Of a stretch of DNA of 64,000 nt, positions 23,637-34,264 are shown in pieces. This stretch comes from Vicugna vicugna (Eukaryota): assembly GCA_013265495.1 (NCBI GenBank), contig MU061538.1:1693339-1757338 (forward strand). Direction: 5' to 3'. How positions within the stretch are numbered: position 1 is the first letter of the stretch; each line of letters opens with the position of its first letter. The translations under genes were made by a program, and so were the position numbers. Below the pieces are notes generated by a model. That model had not been told where the DNA came from and searched no databases. It worked only from the letters and a program-made list of their open reading frames with translations.

Positions 23637-24770
23637 AAGGAAGGGAGGGAGGGAGAGAGGGAGGGAGGAAGGAAGAAGGAAGGAAGGGAGGGAGAGAAGG
23701 AGGGAGGAAGGAAGAAGGAAGGAAGGGAGGGAGGGAGGAAGGGAGGGAGGGAGAGAGGGAGGGAGGAAGGAAGAAGGAAGGAAAGGAAGGAAAGAAGGGA
23801 GGAAGAGAAGGAGGGAGGAAGGAAGAAGGAAGGAAGGAAGGGAGGGAGGAAGGGAGGGAGGGAGAGAGGGAGGGANNNNNNNNNNNNNNNNNNNNNNNNN
23901 NNNNNNNNNNNNNNNNNNNNNNNNNNNNNNNNNNNNNNNNNNNNNNNNNNNNNNNNNNNNNNNNNNNNNNNNNNNNNNNNNNNNNNNNNNNNNNNNNNNN
24001 NNNNNNNNNNNNNNNNNNNNNNNNNNNNNNNNNNNNNNNNNNNNNNNNNNNNNNNNNNNNNNNNNNNNNNNNNNNNNNNNNNNNNNNNNNNNNNNNNNNN
24101 NNNNNNNNNNNNNNNNNNNNNNNNNNNNNNNNNNNNNNNNNNNNNNNNNNNNNNNNNNNNNNNNNNNNNNNNNNNNNNNNNNNNNNNNNNNNNNNNNNNN
24201 NNNNNNNNNNNNNNNNNNNNNNNNNNNNNNNNNNNNNNNNNNNNNNNNNNNNNNNNNNNNNNNNNNNNNNNNNNNNNNNNNNNNNNNNNNNNNNNNNNNN
24301 NNNNNNNNNNNNNNNNNNNNNNNNNNNNNNNNNNNNNNNNNNNNNNNNNNNNNNNNNNNNNNNNNNNNNNNNNNNNNNNNNNNNNNNNNNNNNNNNNNNN
24401 NNNNNNNNNNNNNNNNNNNNNNNNNNNNNNNNNNNNNNNNNNNNNNNNNNNNNNNNNNNNNNNNNNNNNNNNNNNNNNNNNNNNNNNNNNNNNNNNNNNN
24501 NNNNNNNNNNNNNNNNNNNNNNNNNNNNNNNNNNNNNNNNNNNNNNNNNNNNNNNNNNNNNNNNNNNNNNNNNNNNNNNNNNNNNNNNNNNNNNNNNNNN
24601 NNNNNNNNNNNNNNNNNNNNNAGGGAGGGAGGAAGGAAGGGAGGGAGGGAGGAAGGGAGGGAGAGAGGGAGGGAGGAAGGAAGAAGGAAGGAAGGGAGGG
24701 AGGAAGGGAGGGAGGAAGAAAGGGAGTAAGGGAGGGAGGGAGGGAGGGGAGGGGAGAAAGGAGGGAGGAA
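23635..24770 (+). repeat. Polypurine (GGAA/GGGA)n compound repeat spanning a 746-nt N gap
   Basis: Almost pure A/G on both sides of the gap (23876-24621), with the recurring higher-order unit AGGGAGGAAGGAAGAAGGAAGGAAGGGAGG. Confidence 0.95.
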
Positions 24771-26524
24771 TTTGATGTTATTCCTACCCAGAGAATCTTC
24801 ACCACGAAACAAGATTCTTGGCATCTAAACGAGGGAAGGAAGCTTAGCGGTCACTCAATCTAGCCTCCTCCCCAGAACCAAAAGCCCCTCGCTGGCCACC
24901 CAGCTCCAACCCTAGCCCAGCAGGGTGCCCACACCACCACCTCCAAGGAGGGACCAGGCCTGGCAGGAGCAGGGTCTGCTGGCCGACCTGAATGCCCATC
25001 TTCTTAGGATCCCCCTCCTCTGCCTGCTGTGCCCTCGCTGGTCCGTTTTTCTCTTCAGGATCAGGGGCACTTTTTCAGGGGTGTTCAGAGGACAACCTCA
25101 CCTCCTTAGTCACCTCCCCCAATGCCAAAAAGAAGTCTGGTGGTGGGAGAAGGGGAGAGAAGGGGGAAGGGGGGTCAGAAGGAGAACAACAATCTCACAG
25201 CCCAGCGTCCTTGGACGTGGAGACCGGAGACCGGGGGCGATGAGCTCACAGCTTCTGGCAGGAGGGCAGGGCCGCGCGGTCAGCGGTGACTCAGGCGGCT
25301 ACTCTTTGTGGTCCACAGTGCTGGACAGTGGACGGGCTCGACGCAGAACAAAGAGGGTCTATGGAGCAGCACCAAACAGAGGGCAGCGCCAGGGAGTGAA
25401 CACTCAGAAAAGAAAGAGAACCCATTAAGCGTGGGCTGGGGGCCGCCCGGAAGTGCAGAATCATCTAGGGTCTCCCCAGAGGCAAGCGGGAGCCGCAGGG
25501 AAGAGCACAGAGGAAGGGGAAGCAGCCCTGCGTGGAGCACCAGGTGGGAGAGGAGGCCGGGCTCCGCCTCCATCCTGCGGTCAAGGCTCTGGGCAGGATG
25601 GGCTCCGCATCCAGCCCCCTCCCCTTTCTCTCTTGGAGCCTCAAACAATGGGCACCCTCCTTCCCTGGGGCCACTGGGGACTGGGAGAGCAGGGACAGCC
25701 TCCTGTGTCCCCACTGCCTCCCTGACAGCTGCTCCCCAACGAGCTTCCAAGAGAGGTGCCTGTCCTGCCTCCGGGTGGTTGGCAGGCACTGGTCCAGCCC
25801 CACATCCACGCCTCTGCAGGACACTGCAGCATCCATCCAGGCTCCTGCCCTGGGCACACCCCGGGAGCATGGCACTTGGCCCCTCAGGGGCCAGGGGTCT
25901 GACACAGCTTTGTGGGCCTTGGGAGCCAGGACTGAATCTGTCCCGAGAGAAGTCCGCCTGCTGCCTGGATGGCTCCCAGAGGCCCTCTGAGCGGCCTGCC
26001 GCCCTCCCACCTGCGGCCGCCACTCAGCCCAGCAGCCTCAGCTCACCCCAGCTGTGGCCGCCTGGCACCACGAAGTGTCGCTAAGCCAGGAAGTCTTGTG
26101 GGAGCACCGATTGTTTAAGTGGGGCCCAGCCCCATTTAGAGCCCTCGCCCAGCCAGTGGCGTGTTGGTCCCACGGCCTGGTCCGACAGTGAGCTCAAGGG
26201 AGAGACTTTAAAGCCCAGCTTTCCTGGGGTGGTCCTGTGACCAAGGAGGAGACTCGGGACCCGAGGGCGCCGAGCATCTTTAGCTGGAGCCTCTAGCAGG
26301 TGGGGACCGTGGTGGGAAATGCAGTCTGCTTCTGAACGTCGTACCAGTGGGACTCTTTGTCCTTCTGAACCTTATTTCTTCTGCTCAACATCGTGTTTTT
26401 GAGGCTAACCCACGTGGCTGCATGTAGTCCTAATCTGTCCATCCTTGTTGCCGTATGAACGGAGTATCACACGACAACAGGAAGGGACACACTGCTGAAG
26501 ATGCCTGCGTAGCTGGAAACGCCC

Positions 26525-26623
26525 AGCCACAGGAGGAGGGCAGGGGACCCCTGGGGAAGCCACAGGAGGAGGGCAGGGGAGCCCTGGGGAAGCCACAGGA
26601 GGAGGGCAGGGGACCCCTGGGGA
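26525..26623 (+). repeat. 33-bp minisatellite, 3 copies
   Basis: AGCCACAGGAGGAGGGCAGGGGA(C/G)CCCTGGGGA at 26525, 26558 and 26591; one substitution among the copies. Confidence 0.95.
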
Positions 26624-29309
26624 GACAGCTGCCCTGTTCTCGAGTTTATTGGGGACCCGACTGCTGTTCCCCATCGTTCATCTCCCTGCCTGTTAAACAC
26701 CGCGCCCTCGCCTGCAGGTCCTACACGGCACGGGAAACGTTTCCACGCAGAGTGGGAGCGCTGTGAGCGGTGCATTTGGGGCTGTCACACACAGAATGAG
26801 GTGGCCGGGGCCAAGTGGAGGGAGCGGAGACCCCCTGCCTCGGCCCCCACCACTCAAGACCTCAGGCCCCAGGCCCCCCGCGTGGTGACAGGAACTCTGA
26901 CAGGTGACAGTTGTCCCAGGAAAACCGGCTTCCAGGCCCCGTCTTCACCCTCCTGTGGCCCTGGCTTGTGTCAGGACTGTGACAGCTTGCTAGGAGCCTT
27001 TCTTCTGAGACCTGCCTGGGCTTCCCACACACGAGCCAGCCCATCGTGCCACCGGGGGAGAGGTCGGACCAGGCTGCTGCCGCCAGGGCTCCACCAGGGG
27101 CACCGTCACTGATGTGGAAGAGCTTCTGGCTTCTCGCCAGCAGACCCTCTCGGGCCGTGACAGGAGCCACCACCTCTGACCCTGAAAGGAACGTGAAGAC
27201 AGCCTCACCCGATGCGTGGCCCTGACAGACGGCAGGTGGCTACCATTCGCTCCGAGTTTCCCGTGTCACCTCTTACCCTGTTTACCACAACCACCACCAG
27301 GTGCGATGGGGCCGCCGCGCCCCCGGCCCCACAGGCAGAGAGGAGCAAGCCTGGGGAGGTCAGCGGGCTGGCGAGGCCGCGGGGCCTGCAGCCGTAAAGC
27401 CAGGACTCACGCTCAGCTCCCGGAACAGGGACACGAGGCCCGCGGGGTGCACGTCTCACCTGCTGAAAGGAGTGCTGGCCCTAGGACACGGGCGCCTGGA
27501 ATTTCTGGAATTTCCGCCTGGAAGAGCACTCTAAACTAGCTTACGTCCCCTCCTCCAGGAAGCCCTGCCGGATCCCTGTGTCCCTCGGCTGTGAGTCCCC
27601 GACGCTGCCCCGTGGCCCATCCTGGCACTCACCTCAGCGGCCCCACGTCCCCCCAACCGGAGCTGGAAGAGAGGCGCCGTGGAGACCAGGACCATGGCTC
27701 AGGAAGGACCGCGTGCGGATGGCGCAGCCCGCCTTCCGGGACAAAGGCCCGGCTCCTGCCTGCCGTGGATGTGCGGCCAGTGCCCATGACGCAGCTGGAA
27801 AGGGTATTTGTCCCTTCTCCAGGCCTGGGGGCGGGGGGGGACATTGCAATAATGACAGCGCTGATTTTTTTAATGTAATTGGATCTGACCTCATGTGAAT
27901 TTGTAATTTCCATAATGATGCTTTCTCCAAGGGGAGGGAGCCTGTCGTGTGCCAAGGAGAGGATTTGCAGACGCCAGCACGGCATGCCTGTAGTGCCTGC
28001 AGGGCCACCTGTAGTGACGGGAGTCACCGTAGACACGGGCAGCACGTGGGGCACTTTAGCACCTGAAGGACGTCTCCTTTCAATGCTCCCATGTCCTGGA
28101 TTTGAGAAGACAGGAGCTGAGGTGAGCTGGGGGAGACCCCCGCCTCCCACGTGCATGGGCGGGCGCGGCGCTAAGCCACACCCTGGGGGAGCCGCACGCT
28201 CTCTGAGCGCCTGGCCACGGAGTCCTGACACAGCGCGTGGCTGAACTGAGACTCCTCCCAGCCACCTGACTGCCCCAAAGTCCGCGGAGGACACTCCTTC
28301 GCGCCTGGGTTCCCATCCCTGATGGTGACAATGCTCCCAAAGGGTTTACATCGATACATCTCAAAGTGAGACACAGACACACGGCCCTCGCGGGTGTCCC
28401 CCTGACCTCCCCACCCCCACCCCCGCCGGGACACGTCCAGGATGAGGAGCTCTGAGCAGTCGTAGGCAAGTTGGGGCCCGGGAAGAACAGTGTGAAGTCA
28501 CGTTCTAAGGCGACCTAGCTCCTGAAAAAGGCCAAATGCTAGCCCTTCAGGTGGTTCTGCTCTACAAGTGGGTAATCGAGCTTCTGGGGTCAGGAAGACA
28601 GAGTGGGGCTAACGGACACCAGCATTTAACTGAGCACTTAAAATGCACTGGGCACTCGAGTCACTGTTTAGAAATTATCCCAAAGTACCACCTTTGTCAA
28701 CAGGTAAACCCAAGTGCACGTGAGACTTCACTACCACATTGTGGGGACGGCTTTTGTGCGGCTCTGGAACCCGCCTTGCCCCACCGTCACGCCGCCGGCG
28801 CGTGATTAGCAGACGGGTAACTCGCACGTAGAGCACGGAGTCTGTTGTGGGGAGAAGAGCGTGATGCGGGCCTCTGGGGGCGGCACCGTCTCCTGAGGGT
28901 GAGTGTTGTCCCTACGAGCCATCAGATGTCTGCGGCGCTGGCAGCGCATGGAGAGCACCAGAAGAGTGATGCCAAGTTGACAAAAAGTCACGGAGACTCC
29001 CCGAGTGGTGGGCGGGCGGCCTCGAGAAGACCTTGGTCCGGGAGGAAGCACCTTCGGTCCAGGAAACTGCAGCCACAAAGCTCACGGACCAGGACTTCCC
29101 TCACACCCTTTCTTCACCCTACTGTTAGGAGAGGCTGAGAAACGTCATTTAAACAAACCCGAATGGTGGTGTGCCTCCAGTCGCACGATTTCCAGGATAT
29201 CCCGGACGCAGCCACGTCTCGCGATGCTCCGGGTGGGAGGGTGGTGGTGGGGCCAGGTCCCGGGGAGGGAGGCCTCTGTGGCTTCCAGCTCCCCCCTTGA
29301 GCTGTGTTC

Positions 29310-29715
29310 CCCCACATTTTATCTACACAGATGATGTCAACCTGCTGGTAAAATCCAAGGCTGATACAACCCTTAAGATGCAGCTAATATTCCAATGACT
29401 AGATCAAAAATTTTTTTAATATAAACAGTCCAGATACACAGCAAAACTACCACAATGGAATTTATTCAGCGTGAATGTGAAATCCTAAACTCAAGCTAAG
29501 TGTGTGCAGGGAGCTGGAAAGACACAATTTCGTGCTTGTGGAAAAGACCCAGTGGATGTAACGGCCAATGTGACGGGTCTGAAAATTACAATAAAATAAA
29601 AGTAACCCAAGTTTGGGCGACATTGGCAGAATTTAATATTCAGACCCCAGCAGGAACCAAATCCAGCATACTGAGTCCAGAACTGGACACTTCAGAGACC
29701 AACTCTGGAGCAAGC
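29310..29715 (+). mobile_element. L3/CR1 LINE RT C-terminal relic
   Basis: Translation FIYTDDVNLL resembles CR1 FADDTKL. It is followed by ATGGAATTT...AATGTGAAATCCT, CCAATGTGA and ATACTGAGTCCAGAACTGG (CR1 EYCVQFW region) in the expected order. Confidence 0.6.
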
Positions 29716-29784
29716 TAGCTGGGTCCAAGAAGAATGCAGAGAGCAGACCAGGGAAGGCGGGCACTGCAGTGCTCTGCTGTTCGC

Positions 29785-29900
29785 CGGCTATGTTACTTTG
29801 AACAGCTACTTTACCTCTCTGAACCTGTTTTCTCGCCTGAAAAATAAGAATAATTTAGATGCTTTCTCTAACTGAGATAATTATACAAATCATGACAACC
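29785..29900 (+). mobile_element. MIR core
   Basis: CTATGTTACTTTGAACAGCTACTTTACCTCTCTGAACCTGTTTTCTCGCCTGAAAAATAAGAATAAT. Confidence 0.65.
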
Positions 29901-30089
29901 ATCTCAAACTAAGAACTCAGAAAATTCATTAAATTATTATTATCATTGTGCTGAAAAAGACATCACAGCCAAATGAACAGGCTAGCTGTCTTCAGACACG
30001 CTGTGTGAGATCTGGAATAGGACCACCGGGCTAGAGGCCGGGCTGAGGCTCGAGGTGGGAGGTGCGGGGAAGGGTCCAGGGATGAGGGG

Positions 30090-30176
30090 GCACTGCCAGA
30101 GAAGAGACTTCCCCACCTCCAGATGGTCAGGTTCTGATGCAGTTTCTGGATCCCCTGCTGAGAACCACTGCTCTGA
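30090..30176 (+). mobile_element. MER5-like terminus
   Basis: TCAGGTTCTGATGCAG...TGAGAACCACTGCTCT matches the MER5A end. Confidence 0.5.
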
Positions 30177-30819
30177 AATGTGGAGCTTCCGTTCAAAGCA
30201 TGCAGCCGCAGAGCGGACGAACGTGCGTTCAGGTGGTGCAGACCAAATGCTGCGCCGCCGGGATTTGACCGCACGGCCCCCGGCACCCCGACTCCGGGGT
30301 GCAAGCTCTTCCTCTCACTCTCTGCGGCGTCGGTGCCGACGTCTCACACCATCCCAATACCCAAGACTGTAACGTGCTCTCTGGGAAATCCTCTGACCCT
30401 CCGGAAGCACTAGCCAGCTCACCTGAGCCCAGGGCCAGCCCCGCCAGGGCCAGGAAGAGCCAGAGGGGAAGGGAGGCCCCTCCCAACCTCCTACACACCA
30501 GCAGTCCCTCTTCCCCAAGGCGGGCGGCGGCCCGCACCTGCACGGCGCCGGGCGTGAGTCCACGGAACGACGCGTGCCCGGCCCCGGGCTTCTGGTGGGG
30601 GTGGGTACCCCTCTCCCAGGACTCTCAGCTTTGGTGTCAAGGAAACCCCTGTGAATTTGCTTCTCTGATCGGAATGTGTGTCCTAGAGACCAAGTGACTG
30701 GTCTCATGTCAGGTACCAGGTACCCTCTCACACAGTGTCCTCTCTCCCCTTCAGTCTGCAAAGTCCTTCTTCCAGCCTCATAATAGTCCCTTAAAATGAA
30801 CACAAAATATACGGGGTAA

Positions 30820-31520
30820 AATTCACAAATGACAGACAAAGAGTTAAGTTTCTTGAATATAAAAATGCTTCCAAGGATCTATCAGAAAAAGTTGAACTGA
30901 ACATCCAGGGAGAAAAACGAGCAAAAATCACCAACAGACAATTCGCTTAAGCAAGACAAATGGCCAGTGACGGTATGGAAAGTGTTCAACCCCATGAGTA
31001 ATCAAATAATTCACAATAAAATTTAAAAATGAATTTTGGTGATCAAATTGGTAAAGATAAAATAACAAGACAACAGCCAGCCCAGGGTTGGCAAAAGGCT
31101 GAGTAATACAAATATTCTCTTTACAAAATTTTTTCTTTTATTTTTTAGTGGAGGTACTGGGAATTGAACCTAGGAACTTGTGCATGCTAAGCATGCGCTC
31201 TACCACTGAGCTATACCTTACCCCCTGCTACAAATACTCTCATATCCATGTATGATTAAATTGGTACAATTTTCTGGAAGTACTTTTATTATTGTTTATC
31301 AGGATTCTTAATGCTTAAACCTTCTGACCTAGCAATAAACCTCTCCTAGTAATTTATCCTAAAATACAATAAAAAAGCTACAAACAATAATTTTTACTTC
31401 AACGTTGTATAGTACACCAGAAGGCTGGAGATAACATAAACAGTGAGAAAGAGATCTTACAAGTCCAACACTGTGAAAGTAAATGTTTTGTGTATATTAA
31501 GTACATAAAATAGTTATTGT
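30820..31520 (+). mobile_element. Old L1 (L1ME-like) 3' fragment interrupted by a SINE
   Basis: ACAGACAAAGAGTTAAGTTTC...AAATTGGTACAATTTTCTGGAAG...CTTCTGACCTAGCAAT...AGTAATTTATCCTAA. Confidence 0.65.
31120..31226 (-). mobile_element. tRNA-Ala-derived SINE (vic-1 type, short tail) with TSD
   Basis: Plus strand TGGAGGTACTGGGAATTGAACCTAGGAACTTGTGCATGCTAAGCATGCGCTCTACCACTGAGCTATACC. TSD TACAAATATTCTC (31107-31119) / TACAAATACTCTC (31229-31241). Confidence 0.95.
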
Positions 31521-31679
31521 TTGGCTCTAGCTGGGGGAATTAAAGGAGATTAAAACACCCTTTCCTTCCCTTAAATTTTCGAACTAGTTGTTGCCAACAG
31601 GTAGAACACCTATTGGTTAATGTTTTTGCACTGTGACTAGCCACTTAGTACAAACTACTTTCATATTTCCAACAGCATT

Positions 31680-32290
31680 TTCCATTTATTCTCTTGAGTT
31701 TTTTTAGATGGACAATCAAATTGTCTACAAATCGCAATAATTCCTTCTTTCTCTTTTGGAGACACATGTGTTACTCCTCATGTTTTTCTCGTCTTATTGC
31801 GCTGTCTAAAGCCTGCAGATCAGTGTGAAAGGGGGAAATCAGCTCGCTCTTGCCTCATTCTTAAGTTTAATGGGGACACAGCAATTGTTTTACCCTGATA
31901 TCTAATGTTAGGTTTTAATTTAAAAGCCAGAATATTCACCAAGTTGAGGAAGAATCATTCTACTCCTAATCTGCTGAAGCTTGCCTTCAGTCATGAATAG
32001 GTTCCCTTTGCAATTTATCAAGATAGACTTTCCCGTCTACCCTTAGGCCTACTGACATCACGAAGTACGTTAACAGTGCCCTGTATTAAGCCTTCCTCCC
32101 CCTTCTGATGTCAAGGTGTATTATTCTTTCAGCATTCTGCTGGGTTTGATTAGGTAGTATTTTCTTTACAATTTAATGCATCTATATGTGCCAGTGAGAT
32201 TGACTGCAATTGTTCATGCTGCTTTGGTCAAGATTTATATAAGAATTATGCAACTTAGTAAAAGTAATTGGGGAGGTTTCTTAATTTTGT
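31680..32290 (-). mobile_element. Old L1 (L1ME-like) ORF2 fragment; probably continues at about 33220-33950
   Basis: Antisense ORF2 phrases: GTCTTATTGCGCTGTCTAAAGCC; CAAGTTGAGGAAG...TCTACTCCTAATCTGCTGA; GCATCTATATGTGCCAGTGAGATTG. Confidence 0.6.
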
Positions 32291-32329
32291 GTGTGGGTGA
32301 ACAAACATGAAACAACATGAAAACCATCT

Positions 32330-33215
32330 ACTCCAAAACAATAGTGAGGGACCACCACACACCTAAGAGAACAGCCGAAATCCAGAACACAGACAACACC
32401 GAATGCTGGTGAGGGTGTGGAGCAGTAGGCCCTCTCATTCAGTGCTGGTGGGAATGCAAAAGGGTGCAGTGACTTTGGAAAACCATTTGGCAGCTTCTTA
32501 CAAAACAAAACATGCTCTTAACATACAACCCAGCAATCATGCTACTTGGTATTTACCCAAAGGAGATGAAAAGTTATGTCCCCATGAAAACTTGCACATG
32601 AATGTTTATAGCAGCTGTATACTTACTTGCCCAAACCTGGACACAACCAAAATGTCCTTCAGTAAGGGAACGGATGAGTAAACTGTGGTGCACCCAGACG
32701 ATGGAATGTTATTCAGCATTAAATACAAATGAGCTATCAAGCTATAAAAAGACATGGAGGAACCTTAAATGTGTATTACTAAAGTAAAAGAAACCAACCT
32801 GAAAAGGCTACACCCTGTATGATTCCAGCTCTGACATTCTGGAAAAGATAAAACTATAGAGACAGCGAAGAGATCAGTGGTTGCCAGGTATTCGGGGAGG
32901 AGGATTTCTAGTGCAGTGAATCTACCCCGTGTGACACCGTAGTGGTGGACACGTGTCATCCTACGTGTGTCCAGACCCACAGAGTGTGCAGCACTGAGAG
33001 TGAACCCTGAGGGAAACTATGGACTTCGAGTGACAATGGTGTGTCGATGTAGGTTCATCCTTGGTTTAAAAAGAAAAAGTACCACCATTCCGGTGGGCGA
33101 TGTTGACAATAGGGAAGGCTATGGATGAGTGGGGCTGGGGGTATATGGGAAATCTCTGCGTCTTCCCCTCAATTTTGCTGTGACCTAAAACTGCTCTTAA
33201 AAAAAAAATGTCTGT
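32330..33215 (+). mobile_element. L1MC1/2-like 3' end (ORF2 tail + 3'UTR)
   Basis: ORF2 tail translations (MFIAAVYLLAQTWTQPKCPS...LWCTQTMECYSAL). 3'UTR GAGTGAACCCT...AACTATGGACTT...TGTAGGTTCATC...CTCAATTTTGCTGTGACCTAAAACTGCTCT. Confidence 0.85.
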
Positions 33216-34264
33216 TTTAAAACATTACCTCTTCCTTGAAAATTTAAAAGAATTTGCCACTAAACTCCCGTATCCTACTCAAATTTCTTATGATCTGAAG
33301 TAATTCTTTGACAACATGAGCAATTTAGCCCAAGGACATCAGTCTATCCATGCTCTAAACATCTTATAGTGCCTGTTTTGATCATCTTGATCTTCCCAGA
33401 AAACAATGCAACGTATGAAAAATCTACTGATTTACAAACAGCGTATTACGTCACAGTCGCATTCATTCTGGTGTTTACTCTTAATAACTTCATCTCCATG
33501 CGTTTCCATTTCTAGTATTATGTATCTGTGTTTCCTCTCTTTCATTTGGCTTTTCGGATATTGTTATTTTATCATTTCTTCCCAAACAGCCAGTTTATGA
33601 CTTTACAGTCCCTTGGGCTGTTCCTCTGTTTTCTAACGCACTCGTTCTGCGTGTGTCATTTGCTGTCCCTGCTTTTCTGGCTTTGTATTTGTGCTTATTG
33701 TTTTTGCCCCATCTCAACTTTTTGAGTATCTAGCACATTTATTTACTTTTTCCTGTATAGTAATGAATGCTTTGAACACTATCCATTTTTACTCATCCTG
33801 CTCAGACCACTCCCATAGACTTTACATGCAGTGTTCCATCCATACTGACTGAAGGGTAAGGACCATTTTTATTCCCCCTTTAAGGCAACTTATTTCATTC
33901 AGTGAGTCTTAACTTCCAGAAGGTTTAAGGTTGGGGCTAAAACTTTTGGTCAGGTTAGAAGTAGCATTCGATCCTGATCTCAGTGTATGAAGTTGTGGGA
34001 AAAGGCAGAGGGCACAGTATGAATGGAGACACAGACGTGAGTGCTGTCAGAGCAGGCACACAGCCCAGGGACATGGAGCCTCGGCCACGAGGAAGGTACT
34101 GCCAGGACACGGGCGCCAACTAAGTGTCCGAGGGTCTTCACTCCCAGGCCAGTCCTCACCAAGGTTCATGGAGAACTTATTAGAACAAGGTATGTCTCTC
34201 TCCCCTTCCCTCTCCTCCTCCCTCCCTCTCTATAGATATCCCTTCTGGAAAAAAAAAAAAAAGA

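Noticed and set aside
23606..24863. 380-417 aa ORFs in the ORF track
   Set aside because: Artefacts of a stop-free GA microsatellite and a 746-nt N gap.
26525..26623. CRISPR-like array
   Set aside because: The repeats are head-to-tail with no spacers and no cas genes, and the DNA is mammalian; this is a minisatellite.
27090..27106. CTCF site CCACCAGGGGCAC (and weaker ones near 51883 and 52956)
   Set aside because: One base short of the core spacing, or several mismatches; not distinguishable from chance in GC-rich DNA.
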